From a virus (lineage: Duplodnaviria; Caudoviricetes): DNA of 60,816 bases. Positions within the stretch are counted from its first letter, which is position 1. Each line of letters opens with the position of its first letter. Location of the stretch: IMG/VR virus record IMGVR_UViG_3300037882_001949, positions 1-60,816 of that record. One strand, written 5' to 3'. The notes beneath the pieces are model-generated. The model saw only the letters and a program-made list of their open reading frames with translations, made no database searches and was not told where the DNA came from. Of the stretch, positions 49,297-57,628 are shown piece after piece. The position numbers were made by a program, and so were the translations under genes.

Positions 49297-49337
49297 ATTA
49301 TTAATATAATGTTTTTTTTCAATTATCCTAATTTATT

Positions 49338-49808
49338 TTAAATAATATTTAATTGTTTCATGAGTTTAGAAAGCTCAGATTTGTTTTTAATATTTCCTCT
49401 AAATATAAAGTCAGCTTTATAGTCATATATTTCAATATACCAATATCCATCACCTAAATTATCATGAAGATACATTTGAAATTCATCATCTGTATTAGGA
49501 TTAATAAAAAACCCACTTAATCCTCTTGTTTCACCATCAACCCATCCCAAACTCTCAATATCTTCTTGGTCTAAGTATTTGACTCTAATTGTTTTTTCAA
49601 ATAAGTGAGTTCCTAATTGTGATAATCTAATAGACTTTAAATCATATTTAAATCTGTGCCAATTAGTTCTGATAAACTCTTTTGGAAAATTTGAATATGA
49701 GGCCTCTCTATTATCAAATTTTTCATACTCAAATCCCACATAAAATTCTTCTATTGAAGGAGTATAGTATTTATTATCTTCTTTATTCATTACTAAAATC
49801 ATCCTCAC
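49338..49808 (-). CDS. Hypothetical protein
   Basis: KYYTPSIEEFYVGFEYE...RVKYLDQEDIESLGW...F.G.IKNKSEL pattern. Confidence 0.65.
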   Translation of the reverse strand: MRMILVMNKEDNKYYTPSIEEFYVGFEYEKFDNREASYSNFPKEFIRTNWHRFKYDLKSIRLSQLGTHLFEKTIRVKYLDQEDIESLGWVDGETRGLSGFFINPNTDDEFQMYLHDNLGDGYWYIEIYDYKADFIFRGNIKNKSELSKLMKQLNII

Positions 49809-50010
49809 CCATGATTATTTTTTTAAAATGTTCAGCTTTTTCATAATTAATCATTTCCTGATTAAGTTGTTTAAAGTGTTCACCATCACCTAAATCATCA
49901 TTATAATACTTCTTCTTAACACCTGTTTTAAGGTATAATACTCTTTTACCGTCAATTTCTAACACTCCTCTTATTTGTGAATCATTGAAATTCTGACTAA
50001 TTGTTCTCAT
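49783..50010 (-). CDS. Hypothetical protein
   Basis: 75-aa ORF. Confidence 0.5.
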   Translation of the reverse strand: MRTISQNFNDSQIRGVLEIDGKRVLYLKTGVKKKYYNDDLGDGEHFKQLNQEMINYEKAEHFKKIIMGEDDFSNE

Positions 50011-50021
50011 TTATTGTTGTT

Positions 50022-50258
50022 TTATATATTTTTAAGTTTATCTGAAGTAATATTAAAATGGCTCATATAAGCGTTTTTAACATATTCTTTATAAGCATTA
50101 CCAATTTCAAATTTATCTATTTTTGATAAAAAATCTAATAGTTTAGCTTCTAAGTACATATTTGTTTCTTTAAGATTATCTGTTGTTTCATTAATAATTC
50201 TTTCTATTTCTTTACCTGTAAAATAAGCAAAAGCTGATATTATCTCCTCTTTATTCAT
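50022..50258 (-). CDS. Hypothetical protein
   Basis: 78-aa ORF. Confidence 0.5.
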   Translation of the reverse strand: MNKEEIISAFAYFTGKEIERIINETTDNLKETNMYLEAKLLDFLSKIDKFEIGNAYKEYVKNAYMSHFNITSDKLKNI

Positions 50259-50436
50259 TTATTGTTAATTTTAAATTAAACTTATTCTTAATATTCATAT
50301 CATTTAACTCATTTATAGCCTTTTTAAGACATTCTCCTATATTTTCATAGTATATATCGTCTATAATATAACCATTTCTTATAGGGTTTATAATTAGGTT
50401 TATATCAAATGATTTATCTTCTTTATTCGTATACAA
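50251..50436 (-). CDS. Hypothetical protein
   Basis: 61-aa ORF with coupled overlaps. Confidence 0.45.
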   Translation of the reverse strand: MYTNKEDKSFDINLIINPIRNGYIIDDIYYENIGECLKKAINELNDMNIKNKFNLKLTINE

Positions 50437-50878
50437 AATCTACTGTTGTTATTAATCTTTTAACTTCTAAATCGCTATCTTTTAAATCTTCTAGTTGATT
50501 ATAAATATCTATATCCCATTTATACTCTTTCATATAATCAAAATTATTAAGTAATATATCTAACTTTTCTGGTGAACTAGCAAATCCATAACCTAAATCA
50601 TTTACAATTTCTCTAATCTGTCCTTTATAAATTATTAAAGATTTTATAATAAATTTATACCTAGTTAAATATCCTTCTTCTAACGATGTTACTATACAAG
50701 CATCCCAAGTCCCTAATTTACTTCTAATTTCTTCTAATCTATTAATTTCAATTTGTCTTTTTTCTTTTGTATTAAACCATTTATATTCAACATTAGGTTC
50801 TTTATGAATTTCTAAATTTAAAGGATTCCAAAATCCACCCCATTGATGTAATAAATATTCATATTTTAATTCTTTCAT
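50423..50878 (-). CDS. Hypothetical protein
   Basis: 151-aa ORF. Confidence 0.55.
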   Translation of the reverse strand: MKELKYEYLLHQWGGFWNPLNLEIHKEPNVEYKWFNTKEKRQIEINRLEEIRSKLGTWDACIVTSLEEGYLTRYKFIIKSLIIYKGQIREIVNDLGYGFASSPEKLDILLNNFDYMKEYKWDIDIYNQLEDLKDSDLEVKRLITTVDFVYE

Positions 50879-51066
50879 TATTTAATCATTTTTTCTTTTT
50901 GTTTATTCTTAAATTCTGTATATTCTTTAGCCATAAGTTCATTATAAAATATAGCTACTGTTGGTCCACCACTTACTCTATCTGATTCATAATAATCTAT
51001 TACAGAATAACTAGTTTGAAAACCATCTAGTTTAGGGTGTATGTTTGTAAATACTTTATATACCAT
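50878..51066 (-). CDS. Hypothetical protein (probable start MVYKV)
   Basis: Short ORF coupled to its neighbours. Confidence 0.45.
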   Translation of the reverse strand: MVYKVFTNIHPKLDGFQTSYSVIDYYESDRVSGGPTVAIFYNELMAKEYTEFKNKQKEKMIK

Positions 51067-51403
51067 CTTTATGTTTTTTAATATGTAATTTAAAAGCTGA
51101 TTCAGCACTATAGGTTTCTCCTAATAGTGTAGTTCCATAATAAGCCTTAAACTTCTTAGTTTTACAATTCAATGTTATTTTATAAGGACCATGTTTCTCA
51201 TATAAATTAAATACCCACAAGTGTCTAACTCTACCAAATTGGTATCTTTTATTATTTACTGATATGTGGACATCAATACCCATCATACCAAAATTAAAAT
51301 TTTCATATCCTTGTTGACCAGTAATCATTACATATTCATTACTGGGTTTATTTTTTTCTAATGATTTTAATAAGTCTGTAAAATCTTTCATTGTTTCTCC
51401 CAT
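51056..51403 (-). CDS. Hypothetical protein, first gene of the leftward unit
   Basis: 115-aa ORF after a promoter. Confidence 0.55.
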   Translation of the reverse strand: MGETMKDFTDLLKSLEKNKPSNEYVMITGQQGYENFNFGMMGIDVHISVNNKRYQFGRVRHLWVFNLYEKHGPYKITLNCKTKKFKAYYGTTLLGETYSAESAFKLHIKKHKDGI

Positions 51404-51408
51404 AAGTA

Positions 51409-51440
51409 CAAAATTAAGTATTATATTTCAATCTACCAAA
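51409..51440 (-). promoter_or_regulatory. Bacteroidota-type promoter
   Basis: TTTGG-N19-TAATTTTG. Confidence 0.6.
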
Positions 51441-51595
51441 TTTATTTTATAATTTTTTAAAATTTTTTTATTTTTTTTTTAATTTTTAAAATTTAGTGTA
51501 TATAAATTCTTAACCTACCCCACATCAATCACCCCCTCTTAACTTTGAACTAAAAGTCAAATCTATAACTTAAAAACAACTTAAAACTACATCTT

Positions 51596-51874
51596 ATGAA
51601 CAATCTTAACACAAATCTTGGCGTACCAGCAGGTAAATTAGTAGATTACCTTAAATCTCAAGGAGCTGTAACAGCTAGCCTTGTTAATGGCCCAAATGGT
51701 GACTTTGTTTCAGCTAAGAAGGCTGATGATACAACATTTACCCTACCTGTAGGTAAGAAATCACAAGGTGGTAAACTAAGTGAAATGAATGTTTTACTTG
51801 TACCAACTGATAGTGGTGAAGTAGCTGTTGCCACTATGAATAACTATAGTACTGTTGATACAATAGCTCTATAA
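51596..51874 (+). CDS. Hypothetical protein, first gene of the rightward (early) unit
   Basis: 92 aa with strongly biased codon use; TAACTTTG at 51540-51547 upstream. Confidence 0.7.
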   Translation: MNNLNTNLGVPAGKLVDYLKSQGAVTASLVNGPNGDFVSAKKADDTTFTLPVGKKSQGGKLSEMNVLLVPTDSGEVAVATMNNYSTVDTIAL

Positions 51875-51965
51875 GAGTTACATGTAGTTGGTGTTATGCG
51901 TTAGCATAATGCCTTACTACATGTTATATATAATCAATTTAATTAATCTATTTAACTAATTAATT

Positions 51966-52265
51966 ATGGAAAAAAATAACTTATTAAAACTAGAAGATAA
52001 AATATATGCAGTTAATCTTTCTGGTCTTGCTTATATTAAATCGTCTAAGGGAAACTCATCAAATGTATATTTTACAACAAGTTGTGTTGTAAATACCAAA
52101 GATAATAGTGTTAAAGTTGAATATACTGTTGAAGCATTTGAAAGTGGTTGGGTAGATTATGTATGTTTTAAAACAACTAATTATCAAGAAGCTGTTGATA
52201 AATATAATGAATTAGCTATTAAGTGGAATGGTTACAGAGATATTAACAATAATACTACTCCTTGA
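51966..52265 (+). CDS. Hypothetical protein
   Basis: 99-aa ORF ending within the hairpin AATACTACTCCT/AGGAGTAGTATT. Confidence 0.55.
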   Translation: MEKNNLLKLEDKIYAVNLSGLAYIKSSKGNSSNVYFTTSCVVNTKDNSVKVEYTVEAFESGWVDYVCFKTTNYQEAVDKYNELAIKWNGYRDINNNTTP

Positions 52266-52851
52266 AATATAGGAGTAGTATTTAAATACTAATTAATTAT
52301 GAATGAATTAAACTATAACTCTAATTCACAATATGCTACATTCTATGTTGAAATTAAAGCATGTTATAATGATTTAATACAAGTTTGTACATATAATTTA
52401 GCATTACAAGCTCAATTTAGAAGTGCTGTATCAAACTAATAATACTGTGGGTTTAAACTAATAAACAAGGAGCTAATTATTACGTGCAATAAGTTAGGCT
52501 GTTGTACCCACATCTCATTCATTGACTTCTAGTGCATTAGAAGTATTAAGTTATTACTCATAATGTCTAGCTAGAATTGATGATTATATAACTTATAAAC
52601 AATGATTATAAGTAGATTATACACTGATCATAGTAGTATGGTCTACTTACTTTAACCTTTTAACAATAAATCATATGAAACACTTTATTAGAATATTAAC
52701 GTTTAAAGATAAAGATGATATATTATTATCATTATATTCTTGGTTAGTAATATTAATACTATTAGTCTACATATTACTAGTAAGTATTGTTACAAGTAAC
52801 TTCATTACTGAGCATAAATGCTTGTAATTCAAAGAATTAGTAATATTACAT

Positions 52852-52931
52852 GCTCTCATGGTGAAACTGGTAGACACGCAGGACTTAAAATCCTGTTCTT
52901 ATGAGTATGAGTTCAAATCTCATTGAGAGTA
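52852..52931 (+). tRNA. tRNA-Leu(TAA)
   Basis: Acceptor GCTCTCA/TGAGAGT; CAGGA-CTTAAAA-TCCTG; extended variable region; GTTCAAATC. Confidence 0.88.
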
Positions 52932-53184
52932 CACTATCACAAGTGGTGATTTAATGATGATTCTTGGTTTATTAGGTCTGTAAGACTTGATAAATCAGGA
53001 GTTATTGTTAAGATTGTAGTCATATCAATGATTTCAGATGATTAATTTAATCAATTAGTTGATTTTATTGATGATTTGAAGGTTGATTATGATGCCAAAC
53101 CAATCACATAACATTTACCTATTATCTAACATAACATCAATTTGTTATCTAACCCATATAATATATGGCTTTAAATTAAAAATT

Positions 53185-53574
53185 ATGAAATTAATTAAAT
53201 CATTTAATGAATGGTGTGATGAAGCATTACAACTATTAAAAGGAGCCGAATATTGTTTAATATCATCATTCAACCTTAATTATACAGAAGCATTAAATGA
53301 TAGTGTTTTTGATATATTACAAGCAACATCTAAAATACCTCATAGGATTATTATAGGTATTAGTACATCTCAATGTATTCCAAATTGTCCACATTGTATT
53401 ATTAATAATACTGTTAAATATCAAAATGTAGATAGACTTAAATCTATTACAAATAACTATAGAATAGTACAAGAATTACATATGAAATCATTTATTACTA
53501 ATAATGGTGTTATAATAGGTGGTATGAATATTACGGGTTCTGGATGGATTGATAGATGTATTAGTAGAATATAA
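53185..53574 (+). CDS. PLD-superfamily (HKD-like) nuclease domain protein, possibly truncated
   Basis: LHMKSFITNN.VIIGGMNIT motif; CIPNCPHC insert; probable start MKLIKS at 53185. Confidence 0.6.
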   Translation: MKLIKSFNEWCDEALQLLKGAEYCLISSFNLNYTEALNDSVFDILQATSKIPHRIIIGISTSQCIPNCPHCIINNTVKYQNVDRLKSITNNYRIVQELHMKSFITNNGVIIGGMNITGSGWIDRCISRI

Positions 53575-53776
53575 TAACCAAATATTTGGTAATGGTAAAT
53601 TATTAATAGATTTTACACTTAAAGTAAATCCTAAAGATAATACTATTACAATTAGAAAAATTAAAGATAATTGGAATAGAGAAGAAGTTATCAATCTTAT
53701 TCAAAAATTAGAAACAGATGGTGCTGATTATTTTGGACAAAAATTTTTAGAACAATGGATTGAAAATAATCTTTAA
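53549..53776 (+). pseudogene. C-terminal fragment-like ORF overlapping the PLD gene
   Basis: Only a TTG start inside the previous ORF; LKVNPKDNTITIRKIKDNWNREEV...WIENNL. Confidence 0.4.
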
Positions 53777-53797
53777 AAATATTGTTTAACAGGTAAA

Positions 53798-53871
53798 GCT
53801 CTTGTATCTCAATTGGTTAGAGAGTCAGACTCATAATCTGAAGGTTATAGGTTCGAGACCTATCGAGAGCA
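53798..53871 (+). tRNA. tRNA-CAT (elongator Met or Ile2)
   Basis: Acceptor GCTCTTG/CGAGAGC; TCAGA-CTCATAA-TCTGA; GGTTCGAGACC; lacks initiator features. Confidence 0.88.
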
Positions 53872-54169
53872 CATTAAAATAATTGTATTACTTAATTTAG
53901 TGTGTGTTAAGGACAATTATTTAATACCCTAATTATAAGTTTAATTAGGGTTTAACTTATTACTAACAAATAAAATATAAAAATATGAGTAAATCTTCAA
54001 ACAAGCTTAAAATAGAATGTTTATTAGACTATTTAAAATCATTAAAAAGATAATAAAATACTAATTTTTAAAGTTATGAATTACAAACAAATCAAAACTC
54101 CTTATGGTGGTTACTAGTAATAGTATTTAGGTTAACCTTTATTAACAATAAAACATTTAAAAAACAATT

Positions 54170-54523
54170 ATGAAAAAACAAGAAGTACCTTTAAAAGAAT
54201 TCTTACAATCTCGTGAATACGAAATTATTAATTCTAACATTAAAAGTTTAATAAATAACAATAATGTTATGTTTAATACAGGTTCTAAATTTAGAGATGA
54301 TATTAAATTTACAACAAATTTAATAAATCATAAAGAAATGCAGGAATCTTTTGTTAAATCACCTGAAGAAAGAAATAAATTAAGAGATTTTAAACAATTA
54401 TTTAAAAGTAAATCTTTTGATGTAATTAATCAGTTACTTAAAGCTAAGGAACAAGCAAAAGCTCAAATATTAAGCTATTCATTAAATATGCCTAATAGTA
54501 ATATAGTATTTATAAACAAATAA
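54170..54523 (+). CDS. Hypothetical protein
   Basis: 117-aa ORF with A-rich leader. Confidence 0.55.
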   Translation: MKKQEVPLKEFLQSREYEIINSNIKSLINNNNVMFNTGSKFRDDIKFTTNLINHKEMQESFVKSPEERNKLRDFKQLFKSKSFDVINQLLKAKEQAKAQILSYSLNMPNSNIVFINK

Positions 54524-54598
54524 AAATATTAAAAATGAAATTAATAATATTTGTAATATGCCTGTTTGGCGTATTAGCATATACAATAAAACAAAAAA

Positions 54599-54937
54599 AT
54601 GATGAAGAAGATAATGATGATAATGGTTATTCTACTAGTATTTAGTAGTAAATCACAAACAAAAAATAAAGATGATGATATTGAAATATCATTTAACATA
54701 TATTTAGATAATAAAAAAACTGAAACAGATTCTGTACAAGTTAAATTTGTTTCAAAAAATAACAAATCTCTATATGTTTACCCTACTTATATAACAGATA
54801 GTTTTATAACGTATTTTAAACCTAATAGGGTGTATAATATGGTTATATCACATCCTAAATATAATAATCAAATAGTTAAAATTAATACTTATAAAATTAA
54901 AAATAAAACTATTAATGTATATTTAAATAAGAGTTAA
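54599..54937 (+). CDS. Secreted protein with carboxypeptidase-regulatory-like beta fold
   Basis: Signal peptide; Y.MVISHPKY motif. Confidence 0.5.
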   Translation: MMKKIMMIMVILLVFSSKSQTKNKDDDIEISFNIYLDNKKTETDSVQVKFVSKNNKSLYVYPTYITDSFITYFKPNRVYNMVISHPKYNNQIVKINTYKIKNKTINVYLNKS

Positions 54938-54939
54938 CC

Positions 54940-55101
54940 ATGAAATATTTAAAAGTCTCAATAATATTAATAATAATAATTTTTATAATGTTATTACTAG
55001 TAATGTTAGAAAAACATTATCAACCACTTATATGTTATTACATAATATGTTTTATGTTAGGTTGGAATTTTAGGTCAATATGTAAAAAATTTATAAACTA
55101 A
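54940..55101 (+). CDS. Small two-TM membrane protein
   Basis: Manual translation MKYLKVSIILIIIIFIMLLLVMLEKHYQPLICYYIICFMLGWNF... Confidence 0.45.
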   Translation: MKYLKVSIILIIIIFIMLLLVMLEKHYQPLICYYIICFMLGWNFRSICKKFIN

Positions 55102-55227
55102 AACATTTAAAATTAATAATAAACCACATTAATATCTTTAAAACTATTAAATAGTATTGTGCAGAGTTATCAATTAATTTTAATTAAAAACAAATAAACA
55201 ATAAATAAACAATTAAAAACAACAATT

Positions 55228-55725
55228 ATGAAAAGTACAGTAAAAATTACAAAAAATCCTAACACAAATGAAGTATTCACATTAAATACTAATCCTGATG
55301 GTTCAGCTAAATTGAGTAAAGATGGTCAACGTTGGGGAACTATTAGAGTTGAGCAACTTCAGGTTGTTAAACAAGGTAATATTTTAACTCCTAAACCAGT
55401 TTCAGCTTTAATAAGTATTTCTGAAGAAGGATATAAAAAAGCTAGTTCAATGTTAACAGAAGGTGCTGAATTTGGTGGTCAAATTATTCGTAAAGAAACT
55501 ACTGAAACTCAAAAAGATGGTTCACCTTTATTAGGTTGGAGAGAAAAACGTGCAGGTTCTGATGAAAATGCACCTGTTTGTAAAGTAAATGGTAAAACTA
55601 TTTACCAACAAACAATTCATACCGACGATTTAACTTTAACAGATGAGTTAATAGCTCATGATAATGCTGAAGAAATCAAAGCCTTCCAGGCTAAAACTAA
55701 AGCTGCAATGGCTTTAAACGGTTAA
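55228..55725 (+). CDS. Conserved hypothetical protein, possibly an OB-fold nucleic-acid binder
   Basis: WGTIRVEQ...ALI...GQIIRKE...KRAG...VCKVNG..IY...DELIAHDN; biased codon use. Confidence 0.6.
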   Translation: MKSTVKITKNPNTNEVFTLNTNPDGSAKLSKDGQRWGTIRVEQLQVVKQGNILTPKPVSALISISEEGYKKASSMLTEGAEFGGQIIRKETTETQKDGSPLLGWREKRAGSDENAPVCKVNGKTIYQQTIHTDDLTLTDELIAHDNAEEIKAFQAKTKAAMALNG

Positions 55726-55788
55726 TTTAAGCTGAATATAAACATATACTCTCTAATAGGCTATAATAGCTTATTAGGGGGTATTTAT

Positions 55789-55862
55789 GACCTTATAGCT
55801 CAACTGAATAGAGCAACAGGTTTCTAACCTGTAGGTTTTAGGTTTGATTCCTAATAAGGTCA
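55789..55862 (+). tRNA. tRNA-Arg(TCT)
   Basis: Acceptor GACCTTA/TAAGGTC; ACAGG-TTTCTAA-CCTGT; T-loop TTTGATT (C56 variant). Confidence 0.85.
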
Positions 55863-55894
55863 CTTTAGTTAACAAATTAGTGTATTATACTTAT

Positions 55895-56072
55895 TAAACA
55901 GCTACTGATTAACACTAAACAGTAATATACAAGGCCTTTTATAGTCTCTATCATTACAACAAAGATATAAGATTTGTTTAGGTTAGGTTAATGTATAAAT
56001 TCACTTAGCTCTTGTAATGAGTAAGTTAAGCGTTGAATCAATATACTCCACTTATAGGACAGTAGTTGTTTA
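55895..56072 (+). ncRNA. Candidate 178-nt rod-shaped RNA (6S-like)
   Basis: 13-bp closing stem TAAACAGCTACTG/CAGTAGTTGTTTA; inner 9-bp TCATTACAA/TTGTAATGA; internal bubbles. Confidence 0.5.
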
Positions 56073-56100
56073 TTAAATAAATAAATTAAAATTTAAAAAC

Positions 56101-56439
56101 ATGAAAATATCAATTAATGGTAATATAATAGAAACAGAGGATATTTATAGAATTAGTGAAATTACATCTAAAGATAAAGATCACATTAGTAATTTTTTTA
56201 CAATATATATGTTTAATAATCAAATATTACAAGTTTCTAATTATTCTGGTTGTTATATTGACAACAATTATATTTCTATCAATAATGAAAACACACATAA
56301 CACTAGAGATATAACTAAACTTAAAGAATTATTTGAAAAATTAAATAAAGAATGTTTAAATAAGATAATTAAAACTAGACAAGATATAGTTGATATATGG
56401 TCTAATAATCAAAGTAATATACCAAAATTCGAGTTATAA
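56101..56439 (+). CDS. Hypothetical protein
   Basis: 112-aa ORF. Confidence 0.55.
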   Translation: MKISINGNIIETEDIYRISEITSKDKDHISNFFTIYMFNNQILQVSNYSGCYIDNNYISINNENTHNTRDITKLKELFEKLNKECLNKIIKTRQDIVDIWSNNQSNIPKFEL

Positions 56440-56455
56440 ATTAAAAATAAAAAAT

Positions 56456-56818
56456 ATGAAAAAAATAATGTGCTTAATGATATTAATAAGTCTAATATCA
56501 TGTCAAAAGAAAGATAAACCTATTGAAAAACTGTATAATATTGATATAACAGTATATCAGCAAGATACTAGTGCTATTATACCACAACCTGTTAGAAATG
56601 CTACAGTAATACTACAATCTAATAATTACTATGAGTATAAAGAGGTTATTGAAGGTAATTGTAACTTTAAATTCAATGATTTAAAAGAGAATATATATGA
56701 TTGTACAGTTATTGGTAAAATAACTACAGGTAGTTATAATGGTCAAGTTAGAAATAAAACATTAAAATTATATCTTAAAACTAATTATATTGATACTATA
56801 ATAGTTAAGAAAGAGTAA
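56456..56818 (+). CDS. Lipoprotein (probable start MKKIMC at 56456)
   Basis: Lipobox LISC-QKK; prealbumin-like PVRNATVIL...FKFNDLKENIY. Confidence 0.6.
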   Translation: MKKIMCLMILISLISCQKKDKPIEKLYNIDITVYQQDTSAIIPQPVRNATVILQSNNYYEYKEVIEGNCNFKFNDLKENIYDCTVIGKITTGSYNGQVRNKTLKLYLKTNYIDTIIVKKE

Positions 56819-56826
56819 AGATATTA

Positions 56827-57219
56827 GGGGAGCTGAGTTGGCTATTGACTCTAATATGTAAAGTATAATAAGCAAGTAGTGAGATGTAATCTATCACTTT
56901 AATACATGGTTATAAAGTCTTAATTGACAAAGTGGTAATCACCAACGAAGTAGGGTCACGTGCAGACGTCCTTGCGGTTGTAAAAAACGCTTCTGCAAAA
57001 GTGATTCAATTCACACCTTCTCCTAAAAAAGTAGAGTTAGAGTTAGCAGCCTAATTTAGGGAAATTCCATTTAAGGAGTCTTTGGGTATAAACTAAAATA
57101 TCTCAGATTTTATTTCTGTAAAAAATAAATAGTCTGTATTAGACAATAAACTTATACTAAACTTGTAGAAAATTATATAATACTATTGGAATACAGGGTA
57201 TCGTACACCCTGCTCTCCA
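56827..57219 (+). ncRNA. ssrA: tmRNA
   Basis: Acceptor GGGGAGC/GCTCTCC with G3-U70 and A73; TTGAC after the D-loop; T arm AGGGT-ATCGTAC-ACCCT; resume context TAATT|GAC; tag ORF 56926-57054 ending ELELAA*. Confidence 0.9.
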
Positions 57220-57579
57220 CAGGAGTTTTGTTAAACAAAGTAATAGTTTATTAATATTATGTAAAAATAACTAACATCTAATAAATGTTATACTTGAGAT
57301 GAAACATATCAGGGTGCTGTTGTGAAACATCATAAAATCAGATTAACATAAAACTATCAAAGTTATCATAGTGAGATAGTCTTAATTATATTAGCTAACA
57401 GAGGTAGTAGTTTACTTAAGCTTGCTGAGTAATATAAATTAAGTTTAACATACAGGGATAACCAGTCATGAATGCTGTATGTAGTCACTAGACTTAGTGT
57501 TTCAAGGGTAAAGTATAAAAAGATTAAATGTCTTGATAAAAAAGAGAAGTCTTGAAACTAAGCAATTATTAACCAAATA

Positions 57580-57616
57580 AAAACTAGTTAGGCTGAGGCA
57601 AACCTAGTTTTATTTT
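57580..57616 (+). terminator. Terminator-like hairpin
   Basis: AAAACTAG...CTAGTTTT followed by T-rich sequence. Confidence 0.5.
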
Positions 57617-57628
57617 AAAATTATTAGT

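Noticed and set aside
4906-51403. Stop-codon reassignment (TAG or TGA recoding known in some crAss-like phages)
   Set aside because: Long late genes are intact under the standard code and tile the region with few gaps; no suppressor tRNA was found
55789-55862. Possible amber suppressor tRNA (TTCTAA in the loop)
   Set aside because: The stem ACAGG/CCTGT sets the 7-nt loop as TT-TCT-AA, giving Arg(TCT) rather than CTA
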